64,000 nucleotides of DNA. Origin: an uncultured virus (IMG/VR IMGVR_UViG_3300020048_000025) (Duplodnaviria > Heunggongvirae > Uroviricota > Caudoviricetes). A program made the translations under genes and the position numbers. Of this stretch, positions 49,693-58,802 are shown piece after piece (the stretch's first letter is position 1; each line of letters opens with the position of its first letter). The notes below the pieces were generated by a model that was not told the DNA's origin, made no database searches, and saw nothing but the letters and a program-made list of their open reading frames with translations. The DNA lies in IMG/VR virus record IMGVR_UViG_3300020048_000025; one strand, given 5' to 3'.

Positions 49693-51044
49693 AAAAAACA
49701 CTACAAGACCAATATCTATTAATCAAAGAAGGAAAAGGACACAAAGGTGTATTTTTGACTGAAGCTAAAAGACAATTCCCGAATTTAATTCCAATTAACG
49801 CTGATGTTGAATTGACTGCAAAAATATTAAAAGACAAAAATGTCATTAACGAAAATATCGTTGGTTTGCAAGCAATTAATCAAATGATCCCAACACAAAA
49901 ACAACCATATGAAATTGCATATGCTAATTTTTTGAAGGAAGCAAAGAAAAAGGAAGAAACAGACAAAGCGGAAGCAAAAACGGTATCTAAATCGGTTGAA
50001 AAAAAGCAAGAACACGCGCACGACAACACAGACGAGAAAAACATCGACAACGTTATATTCGATCAAGTAATGATGGGCTATTACGCGGAAATGAAAGACC
50101 CGAAAAACGCTGACAAAACGATGGAGGAATTGAAAGAAATCGTATTGAAAAACTTATCAAAAGATCCTATCCACTACACAAAAGAAGGACAATTCGGCAT
50201 CAAAGGACTTGGCTACTCAGATGAACATCCAGGTTTAGGTAAAACTAAAGAAGTAAAAGGAAAATATGCTTCATCTGGAATGGAACCAGTTAAATTAAAT
50301 GAAAGTAAAGTAGGAAGAAATTACCCAAACCGAATTACCGGAGAATATGAAGGAAAACCAACAGTATTTTCAGGAGATGAATTATATGACTTATTACAAA
50401 GTGGGTTAAATGCATCCCCAACTGTAGAATCATTTATCAAATACATTACCTACGGTGTCACAGATGAAACCAGCTCATTATCAACTGAAGATCAGGAAAA
50501 ATTAAAAACTTGGTATAATAAAAATAAACAAACAAAAAACATGCCAACCAACGAATCAAAGTTACGCAATATTATTCGCTCAATCATCGCTGAAGAAATG
50601 AGCAAAACACCATTAAACGAAAATATCCACAAACGTTTAAAAGAAATTGACGGTGAGGTAGCAAATGAGGTAACACAATCCAAACTTAACAAAGTACAGG
50701 AAGAAATCGAAAAACGTCAAGCACAATTAAACATGATTGACGAGAACGAAGACTTGAAAGACTTGACAGACGGGAAGAAAATTAAAGCACTTCAAAAAGA
50801 AATCAAGTTGCTAGAAAGAGCAAAAGCAAAATTGGAAAAATCCATCAAAGGCAAGAAAAAAGAAGTACTTGACGAAACTGCAAACGTAGACGAAGCATCA
50901 CCAGAATATATGGCTGCTAAACAAGACGCAGAATCTCGTTACAACGAAGGAGAAGACATCGACAAAATCACAGCTGACTATCCACAATTCAAACGCGAAT
51001 TATACAATGATATAATTGGTGGATTTGAAGGAATGGATTACTAA
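49689..51044 (+). CDS. hypothetical head-module protein
   Basis: many (I/L)xE sites; internal KLRNIIRSIIAEE. Confidence 0.65.
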   Translation: MKKTLQDQYLLIKEGKGHKGVFLTEAKRQFPNLIPINADVELTAKILKDKNVINENIVGLQAINQMIPTQKQPYEIAYANFLKEAKKKEETDKAEAKTVSKSVEKKQEHAHDNTDEKNIDNVIFDQVMMGYYAEMKDPKNADKTMEELKEIVLKNLSKDPIHYTKEGQFGIKGLGYSDEHPGLGKTKEVKGKYASSGMEPVKLNESKVGRNYPNRITGEYEGKPTVFSGDELYDLLQSGLNASPTVESFIKYITYGVTDETSSLSTEDQEKLKTWYNKNKQTKNMPTNESKLRNIIRSIIAEEMSKTPLNENIHKRLKEIDGEVANEVTQSKLNKVQEEIEKRQAQLNMIDENEDLKDLTDGKKIKALQKEIKLLERAKAKLEKSIKGKKKEVLDETANVDEASPEYMAAKQDAESRYNEGEDIDKITADYPQFKRELYNDIIGGFEGMDY

Positions 51045-51061
51045 AATACATATTTGTATCC

Positions 51062-51697
51062 ATGAACAAACAACTACTAATTGAAACAAGATACTTTAAC
51101 CCATCCCCTGTTCGTCTCCTAGAAGGACAGGGAAACGGTGGGAATGTATTTGTGGAGGGTATATTGGCAACTGTTGAAGTAAAAAACGGAAACGGTCGTT
51201 ATTACCCACGCGAGTTATGGGAACGTGAAATCGATATCTTTCAACAACATATCCAGAAAAAAACCACCGAAGTCTGCGGCGAACTCGACCACCCAGATTC
51301 ACAGATCATCAACCTAAAAAACGTATCTCATGCTATTCGCAAAATATGGTGGGACGGAGATAAAATCATGGGTGTGATTGAAGTATTTTCCGATATGGGA
51401 GAAAAAGGAACATCTTCGGGTCGCATAGCTGGAGCATTGATTAAGAATGGGTTGAACATTGGTATGTCGTCCCGAGGTTTGGGTTCACTTAAGCAAGTAG
51501 GTGAAATCATGGAGGTGCAGGATGATTTCACTTTACTCTGTTTTGATCTAGTTAGTAATCCATCAAACCCCAATTCATGGTTCTCTCAATCAGGTCAACT
51601 AAACGAATCAAGAACTACTCAATTAGATCCATACAATAAAGTCAACTCAATAGTTACCGAAATACTGTGTACTAAAGGTACATGCCCTATATTTTAA
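51062..51697 (+). CDS. prohead core protease (T4 gp21-like)
   Basis: KNGNGRYYP, GELDHP, VSH, GMSSRGLGS, FDLVSNPS. Confidence 0.95.
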   Translation: MNKQLLIETRYFNPSPVRLLEGQGNGGNVFVEGILATVEVKNGNGRYYPRELWEREIDIFQQHIQKKTTEVCGELDHPDSQIINLKNVSHAIRKIWWDGDKIMGVIEVFSDMGEKGTSSGRIAGALIKNGLNIGMSSRGLGSLKQVGEIMEVQDDFTLLCFDLVSNPSNPNSWFSQSGQLNESRTTQLDPYNKVNSIVTEILCTKGTCPIF

Positions 51698-51727
51698 ACA
51701 TTTAAGATTGCAAACCGGTGAAAAATC

Positions 51728-51751
51728 GCTCCCACTTTGGGGGCTTTTTTT
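51728..51751 (+). terminator. intrinsic terminator
   Basis: GCTCCCA-CTT-TGGGGGC plus T7. Confidence 0.7.
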
Positions 51752-51894
51752 GTCTTCCCGCGACTTTACCTATCTCCATACATACGTATACTCCGAATAT
51801 GCCATCCCCTCACACATATATGGCATCCAATTAATTTATATTCTATTACGTTTCCAATAAACGTACTTTCCCAACAAAACATAATTTAGGAAAA

Positions 51895-53115
51895 ATGGCA
51901 ACAAACAGAGAAATGCTTGCAGAAGCAATTGCTGACGCTAAAACCTTGAAGGAAATGGCAATAGCAAACGCTAAAGCAGCCCTGGAAGAAACCTTCACAC
52001 CTCAATTGAAAAATTTGCTATCATTGAAACTTCAGGAAATGTCTGACGACATAAACGAAGAAGAAGACCTTGACGAAGCAGGTTTTGGACCAATGATCAA
52101 TGTAAAAGGTCACGGTAATATCGAGGACGAATCATCGTTATATGAAACGGATGATGAAAACATGAATGAAATTGACTTAGAAGAGTTACTTGCAGAAATT
52201 GAAAACGAAGAAATCGACGAAACACTAAACGAAGCTGAAGAAGCTGAAGAATCTGAAGAAGAGGAAGCAGGTGAAAAAGCAGAGGAGGAAGAAGAGCCAA
52301 TGAAATTAGAGGACATTAACTTGACTGACGAAGATTTAAAAGAAATGATCGAAGACGTAATCGCGGATATGGTTAAAGCTGGAGAATTAGAAGCAGGACA
52401 TGGTGAAGAAGGTGAAGAGGAAGAAGGCGACGAAGAAATCGAGTTAGACCTGGACAACGAAGAAGATGTTGATTTAGCTGAATTGTTACGCGAAATTGAA
52501 GGCGAAGACGTATCTATAGAAAGTTTAGCATCAACATTACGTAGAGAATTCCCAAATTCATCAATTAAAGTTCAAAGCATAGAAGGTACAGACGACGAAG
52601 ATATGGAAATCGTTATTAATGATGATATTTTTATCTCAGGTGGTGCTTATAATGAATGGGACGCAATGATAGATGGTGAAGAAGAAAGTTTCCAAAGCGA
52701 CGCTGAATTAATTAGTTATTTAAAAAGTAATATGTTGTCAGAAACAACAAGTAAATTAGCAGCTGAACTTAAAGAAGCACATGCTACAATCAACACATTA
52801 CGTTCAGATTTAAACGAGGTTAATTTGTTAAACGCTAAATTGCTTTACACTAACAAAATCTTCAAAGCAAAAACATTGAACGAAAGTCAAAAAGTAAAAG
52901 TGTTGAGTTCATTTGACAAAGCAACTACAGTAAAAGAAGTAAAATTGGTTTATTCAACTTTAAACGAGGGTCTTAAAGTAAAAACAAACCCAATCCGTGA
53001 AAATTTAGGTAGAGCTTCAAAAGCAACAAATACACCAGTTGTAAACACAAAACAACCAATAGTTGAGTCAAACGAAGTATTCAATAGAATGCGTAAATTG
53101 GCTGGGCTAATTTAA
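51895..53115 (+). CDS. prohead scaffolding protein (T4 gp22-like)
   Basis: very acidic, coiled-coil, between protease and capsid; ends RMRKLAGLI. Confidence 0.8.
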   Translation: MATNREMLAEAIADAKTLKEMAIANAKAALEETFTPQLKNLLSLKLQEMSDDINEEEDLDEAGFGPMINVKGHGNIEDESSLYETDDENMNEIDLEELLAEIENEEIDETLNEAEEAEESEEEEAGEKAEEEEEPMKLEDINLTDEDLKEMIEDVIADMVKAGELEAGHGEEGEEEEGDEEIELDLDNEEDVDLAELLREIEGEDVSIESLASTLRREFPNSSIKVQSIEGTDDEDMEIVINDDIFISGGAYNEWDAMIDGEEESFQSDAELISYLKSNMLSETTSKLAAELKEAHATINTLRSDLNEVNLLNAKLLYTNKIFKAKTLNESQKVKVLSSFDKATTVKEVKLVYSTLNEGLKVKTNPIRENLGRASKATNTPVVNTKQPIVESNEVFNRMRKLAGLI

Positions 53116-53144
53116 TTTTAAACTTAAAAACACAAAACACACAG

Positions 53145-54821
53145 ATGTCAACAATTAATTCATTATTAGAAAGTTCAGCAAATGGCTGGAAAAACTTACA
53201 AAGCGATGCTGCTAGAATGGCTGCAAAGTGGGGTAAGACAGGTTTACTAGAAGGTATCGGAACTGAAGTAGACAAAAACAACATGGCAATGATTCTTGAA
53301 AACCAAGCTAAACAGCTGGTTATGGAGTCCAATTCAACTAACCAAGGTGGTGGTACTTTCAGTGCTGGTAATGGATCAGGTGGTGAGCAATGGGCAGGAG
53401 TAGCTTTACCATTAGTACGTAAAGTATTCGGTTCTTTATCAACTAAAGAATTCATGTCAGTTCAACCAATGAACTTACCTTCAGGTCTAGTTTTCTTCTT
53501 AGATTTCGCATATGGTCAAACTAAAAAATTGAACTTCGGACCAGCAGGAGATATCTACGGAACAGGTTCATTATATGGTGTAACTAACCCAGGTGCTGCA
53601 AACGATCCAAACGGAGGTTTATATGGTGCTGGAAGATTCGGATACACAATCAACCAATTCTCAGCTTCAGCTACAACTACAGTTGCTACTGCATCTTGGG
53701 CAGACGTTAACTATGCTGCTGAATTATCAGCTTCTGTTGCTGCTGGTGCTTATACAAAAGTATCTGTTGCTGCATCTGCATTAACTCGTCCTGACTTGAA
53801 AGGTGTTAGAGCATTTACATTAGCTTCTGGTTCAACATTAACTCCAAATACAAACGCTAAAGTATTACCTCAATATACTAAAACTGACGGAACAAACATC
53901 TCATTTATCTATGTAGGTGCTGTAGCTGCTGCTGACGTTCCTGCTGCAGGTGCTGGAAACGTTGTATGGTACAACCAACAACCAGTTGACAATAACAGAG
54001 GTGATTTCGAAGATGCATCAGGTGCTGGATACGCAAACGCTGGATCTACATCAGCTGACGCATTAGCTATTCCATCAATTGATATCAAATTGAAATCAGA
54101 AGCTATTGTTGCCAAAACACGTAAATTGAAAGCACAATGGACTCCAGAGTTCGCACAAGATTTGAACGCTTACCAATCATTGGATGCTGAAGCAGAATTA
54201 ACTTCAATCATGTCTGAATATATCGCATTAGAAATCGATTTAGAAAACTTAGACATGTTGATTCAAGACGCTTCTGCAGCAGATGAGTACTGGTCAGCAA
54301 TTAACAACAGATCATTAAACTCAGGTAAAACTGGATTCGATAATTTAGGTTTCTACAACACACAAGGACAATGGTTCCAAACATTAGGTACTAAATTCCA
54401 AAAAGTGTCAAACAAAATTCACCAAAAGACATTGAGAGGTGGTGCTAACTTCATGGTATGTTCTCCAGCTGTAGCAACAATTCTTGAGTCAATCCCAGGA
54501 TTTGCTTCATCTTCTGACGGTGATGTAACTAAATCAAATTATGCATTTGGTATCCAAAAATCAGGTAACTTGAACAACCGTTACACTGTATACAAAAATC
54601 CATATATGACTGAAAACGTTATCTTGATGGGTTACAGAGGTGCTCAATTCTTAGAAACAGGAGCTGTATTCGCGCCTTATGTTCCTTTGATCATGACACC
54701 ACTTGTATACGATCCTGAAACATTTACACCAAGAAAAGGTCTATTGACTCGCTACGCGAAGAAAATGATTAGACCTGAATTCTTCGGTAGAGTATTCGTT
54801 TCTGACTTAGCAAGCATCTAA
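53145..54821 (+). CDS. major capsid protein (T4 gp23-like)
   Basis: ILENQ, VQPMNLPSGLVF, TRKLKAQWTPEFAQDL, APYVPL, F.P.KG..TRY. Confidence 0.97.
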   Translation: MSTINSLLESSANGWKNLQSDAARMAAKWGKTGLLEGIGTEVDKNNMAMILENQAKQLVMESNSTNQGGGTFSAGNGSGGEQWAGVALPLVRKVFGSLSTKEFMSVQPMNLPSGLVFFLDFAYGQTKKLNFGPAGDIYGTGSLYGVTNPGAANDPNGGLYGAGRFGYTINQFSASATTTVATASWADVNYAAELSASVAAGAYTKVSVAASALTRPDLKGVRAFTLASGSTLTPNTNAKVLPQYTKTDGTNISFIYVGAVAAADVPAAGAGNVVWYNQQPVDNNRGDFEDASGAGYANAGSTSADALAIPSIDIKLKSEAIVAKTRKLKAQWTPEFAQDLNAYQSLDAEAELTSIMSEYIALEIDLENLDMLIQDASAADEYWSAINNRSLNSGKTGFDNLGFYNTQGQWFQTLGTKFQKVSNKIHQKTLRGGANFMVCSPAVATILESIPGFASSSDGDVTKSNYAFGIQKSGNLNNRYTVYKNPYMTENVILMGYRGAQFLETGAVFAPYVPLIMTPLVYDPETFTPRKGLLTRYAKKMIRPEFFGRVFVSDLASI

Positions 54822-54853
54822 TCGCGCGTAAAAACGCAGATTTTCCACGTAAG

Positions 54854-54884
54854 ATGGGCGCCTTTTGGCGCCCATTTTTATTTT
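54854..54884 (+). terminator. intrinsic terminator after capsid gene
   Basis: ATGGGCGCC-TTTT-GGCGCCCAT-TTTTATTTT. Confidence 0.85.
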
Positions 54885-54985
54885 CACCCACCTCACCCTC
54901 CCATCTCTCCCCCTATATTCCGCTCTTTCCGTGCCAACCAAAAATATATTCACTATATTTATAGCGGAACATAAGGTACACTCAC

Positions 54986-56683
54986 ATGAAAAAAATAGGC
55001 ATATATAAAATCACATCACCATCCAACAAAACATACATTGGACAATCAACAGACATTGACAAACGTTGGTACCACTACAACAGATTACACTGCAAAGGCC
55101 AACCACAACTATACAACTCATTCATCCATCATGGACTAAACAACCATACATTTGAGATACTCGAGATATGCAATCCAGAGCAACTAGATGAACGCGAATC
55201 ATTCTACAAGCAACAACACATAGAGCAACATGGATGGGATTCAGTTATGTTCACCATGCTAAATGATGGAAAGGGCGGAAACAAATCAACCTCCACTAAA
55301 CAGAGGATGTCGCTATCATCAACAAAAAACCAGCACAAAATAAACGCATATACACTAGATGGTACATTTGTAGCCACATTCAACTCCACATCCGAGGTAA
55401 AAAACATATTGCTAGCGAATACCAAAGAAAACACTGGCGGTATATTGAGCTCGTGCCGCAGAGACAAACAGAAAACATGCCGCGGCTATATATTCCAGTT
55501 CGCAGATGATGACCAAATAGAGCATGTACTGGAGGAACTCAAGCAAAACGTGAAAATCAAACAGCAAACCGTACTGCAATATGATTTAAACGGTACATTC
55601 ATTCGCGAATACACCAATAGCTACCAAGTAGAAAAGGAATTTGCACTGAATGGCATTCGCATTAACTCAACCGACATTCGTGCATGTTGCAATGGCAAGC
55701 AGAAAACATGCAATGGATATAGGTGGGAATATGGCACATCATTCATTGAAAACAATACACATACAATTGATACCACCTATATCGAAACAAAAAAAACGGA
55801 ACTATCCACACTGCAAACCGATATACACCCATTAAACCAAACCATACTTGAGTTTATTCGTGGAATATACCATGGCGAAATCCACACCAACCACAACAAC
55901 CAAATAGACATATACATTCCAGAACACTCACTAGCGATAAACATAGTACATTTGGAACATGCATCATATAAACCAAACCAATACTACCGTAATTTATTTC
56001 GTGAATGTAATCAAAACAACATCAAACTAATCAACATATTTTCAGACGAGATACTCACCAAAAAACACATTGTATTGTCCCGTATCCAAAACGAACTGAA
56101 ACTCAACACAACCACCATATACGCGCGTAAATGTACCATAAAAGAAATACCGGCAGACATTAAAAACCAATTCCTCGACATGAATCACATACAGGGTATG
56201 GACAGATCGCAATATAAATTTGGCCTGTACCACCAAGATGAGTTGGTGTCGGTAATGACATTCAGAAAACCGAGACAATCCATCGGACAAACCAAAACAC
56301 AAATTGCCGATTCGTGGGAGCTTATTCGATTTTGCAACAAAACAAACACCAATGTAGTTGGCTCGGCATCCAGATTACTCAAGCATTTTATCAAAACATA
56401 TTCACCATTACATATATTCTCATTTGCAGACAACCGTTGGTCATCACCCGTGAAAAACGTTTATTTAACGTGCGGATTTACGCATACCACTACATCTCAA
56501 CATGGTTACTGGTATACACAGGATTTCATCAGCAGATTGCACCGATTCAATTTCAACAAGGGTCGACTTAAGCAAATGGGTTTGGATACTGAAAACCATA
56601 CTGAATATCAACTTATGCAACAACTGGGATATCACCGCATATGGGATTGTGGTGTAACTAGATTTGAAATGACATTAAAATAA
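54986..56683 (+). CDS. GIY-YIG + NUMOD1 + Hef-like homing endonuclease fusion
   Basis: GIYKIT..YIGQS; two NUMOD1-like repeats; IYARKC..NHIQG..WELIRFC..RIWDCG. Confidence 0.8.
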   Translation: MKKIGIYKITSPSNKTYIGQSTDIDKRWYHYNRLHCKGQPQLYNSFIHHGLNNHTFEILEICNPEQLDERESFYKQQHIEQHGWDSVMFTMLNDGKGGNKSTSTKQRMSLSSTKNQHKINAYTLDGTFVATFNSTSEVKNILLANTKENTGGILSSCRRDKQKTCRGYIFQFADDDQIEHVLEELKQNVKIKQQTVLQYDLNGTFIREYTNSYQVEKEFALNGIRINSTDIRACCNGKQKTCNGYRWEYGTSFIENNTHTIDTTYIETKKTELSTLQTDIHPLNQTILEFIRGIYHGEIHTNHNNQIDIYIPEHSLAINIVHLEHASYKPNQYYRNLFRECNQNNIKLINIFSDEILTKKHIVLSRIQNELKLNTTTIYARKCTIKEIPADIKNQFLDMNHIQGMDRSQYKFGLYHQDELVSVMTFRKPRQSIGQTKTQIADSWELIRFCNKTNTNVVGSASRLLKHFIKTYSPLHIFSFADNRWSSPVKNVYLTCGFTHTTTSQHGYWYTQDFISRLHRFNFNKGRLKQMGLDTENHTEYQLMQQLGYHRIWDCGVTRFEMTLK

Positions 56684-56741
56684 ATTTGGTATTTATCTAA
56701 TTTAGTCATATATTTATATTTGAAACCATAAAACCAGTTAT

Positions 56742-57437
56742 ATGACTGACTACAATCGTACTCCTGAAGCACAAGATGCATTCAAGGAGAAACGTAAACC
56801 GAAAGGGCCAATCAAATTCAAATTATCGCTCAACGAAGAGCAAAAAGAAGCAAAAGACACAATCCTGAACACACCAGTTACGTTAATCAAAGGTATGGCT
56901 GGATCAGGAAAGACCTTACTCGCTTGTCAGATAGCACTTGATTTAGTATTCCGTAAAGAAATGGAGAAACTAATCATCACCCGACCCACCGTAGCAAAAG
57001 AGGATATCGGATTCCTTCCTGGAGACCTAAAAGAAAAAATGGACCCATGGTTGGCACCTATATATGCCAATTTACATATGCTGTACGATAAAGAAAAAAT
57101 CGACAAACTAGTACAAGACAACATAATTGAAATTGTACCATTCGCATTCATGCGCGGCCGTACATTTCCCAATTCATTTGTAATTGTAGACGAATGCCAA
57201 AACATCACACACTCCCAAACCGAAATGATTTTGGGCCGCTTAGGCAAGGGAGGGAAAATAGTATTTTGCGGCGACATATCCCAGGTGGATTTACGTTCCA
57301 AAAAAGATTCCGGTATATCATTCTTTACCCGCCTCGAAGAACGCACAACATCAGTTAAGGTAGTCACGTTGAAGAAAAACCACCGCCATGAGGCAGTAGA
57401 GGACATACTTAAAATATACGAAGAATTTCGTGACTAA
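56742..57437 (+). CDS. phoH: PhoH-like ATPase
   Basis: GMAGSGKT, GFLPGDLKEK, FMRGRTF, DECQN, GDISQVD. Confidence 0.95.
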   Translation: MTDYNRTPEAQDAFKEKRKPKGPIKFKLSLNEEQKEAKDTILNTPVTLIKGMAGSGKTLLACQIALDLVFRKEMEKLIITRPTVAKEDIGFLPGDLKEKMDPWLAPIYANLHMLYDKEKIDKLVQDNIIEIVPFAFMRGRTFPNSFVIVDECQNITHSQTEMILGRLGKGGKIVFCGDISQVDLRSKKDSGISFFTRLEERTTSVKVVTLKKNHRHEAVEDILKIYEEFRD

Positions 57438-57443
57438 ACATTC

Positions 57444-57483
57444 ATGGGCTCTTAACTGAGCCCATTTTTTTTCATATGTATAT
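57444..57483 (+). terminator. terminator plus late motif, copy 1
   Basis: ATGGGCTC-TTAACT-GAGCCCAT-T run-CATATGTAT. Confidence 0.85.
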
Positions 57484-57500
57484 TAAAATACATTTACCAT

Positions 57501-58793
57501 ATGGCAAACCTAACCCTTCGAAAGATTAAAAACGAACACCTGACATACAACGAACTAGACGGCAACTTCGAGTATTTTACAGGTTCAATTGAAACTATCC
57601 ATTCATCAATGTCATTATTCGTGACTAGCGATGATACTGGCTCGTTTTTAACCAGTGAAGACACTGGCTCGTTCCTTACCTCAGCGCAGACCGCATCATT
57701 GAATATATCAGATACCAAATACACAGTTAATACTGCGTTAAGCGCAAGTACAACTTCATCTGCAACCACATCTATATGTTCATATAGTGTAAACGTATTT
57801 GAATACGTTACACCAACCAATTATGCTACAAAACTCCCTCAACCAGTTACTGGCAAGAGCGTACGCATTGTAAATAATAGTACTTCATTTTTATACGTGT
57901 ACCCATCAAATGTTGGAGGTAAAATCAACAATTACCCAGTAGATACACCTGCGATATTACCCCCAGACGGAAATCTATATGAGTTTATATGTATTGAAAA
58001 TCCATTACCAGGAGCATGGACGTTTTCATCACCAGCAACTGGGCAATTCGATAGTGGCGAGATAGAGGTATCTGTAACCTCTGGAACACTTAGTGGTGGA
58101 TTTAATCCCGTTGTTAGAGCATATAGTGCAATTCAATACAATACCGGTTCATTTGATGCATCAAACTTTGCAGTTAATGGCAAAAACAAAACCTCTGTAA
58201 TTATTGGTTCTTTGGGAGAAATAGCATTTAGACCAGACAGTGCGTGGAAAGGTATTAGCAAAATTAAAGTATATACCAATTTAATAGGCGCTGGAGTACA
58301 GGATACACAAGTTAGAATATATGCCAGTGGTGCATATGGTTATTACAGTTTATTTGATGACTCATTTTTAAATGGAACATTAGGAAGTGCAGGAATGACT
58401 ATATTTGATTTTACTCTAAACAAAACAGTCCCTGGCACAGCAGTAACCGGGAGTACTTCACGTACATCCACAAATATAGGTGATGCTGGAACACGTTGGA
58501 TGGAAAAAGTTGCATTTGAGGATGCTGATTCAGATGTTAATTTAGGTAATAACAGTAATGGTACCCTTATAGGTAATTTTGATTTTGGAAATGCACCATT
58601 CCCATATGACAAATTCGGTATACCCGGGAACCCTACAACAGATGCTAGCGGCAACGACATATATAAAGGGGACCCAGTAAATAAATACTATTCATCTTAT
58701 ATATCATTCCAAATATTACCCGTAAACAGCATAACCAATTACGGTACTCTCCCAGACTTCAAATTCCGATTCATAATTGAATATTACCAATAA
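57501..58793 (+). CDS. fibre/decoration-like structural protein, paralog A
   Basis: LTLR..LT..ELDGNF N-terminus; S/T/G-rich; ends PDFKFRFIIEYYQ. Confidence 0.65.
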   Translation: MANLTLRKIKNEHLTYNELDGNFEYFTGSIETIHSSMSLFVTSDDTGSFLTSEDTGSFLTSAQTASLNISDTKYTVNTALSASTTSSATTSICSYSVNVFEYVTPTNYATKLPQPVTGKSVRIVNNSTSFLYVYPSNVGGKINNYPVDTPAILPPDGNLYEFICIENPLPGAWTFSSPATGQFDSGEIEVSVTSGTLSGGFNPVVRAYSAIQYNTGSFDASNFAVNGKNKTSVIIGSLGEIAFRPDSAWKGISKIKVYTNLIGAGVQDTQVRIYASGAYGYYSLFDDSFLNGTLGSAGMTIFDFTLNKTVPGTAVTGSTSRTSTNIGDAGTRWMEKVAFEDADSDVNLGNNSNGTLIGNFDFGNAPFPYDKFGIPGNPTTDASGNDIYKGDPVNKYYSSYISFQILPVNSITNYGTLPDFKFRFIIEYYQ

Positions 58794-58802
58794 AACTAAA
58801 CT

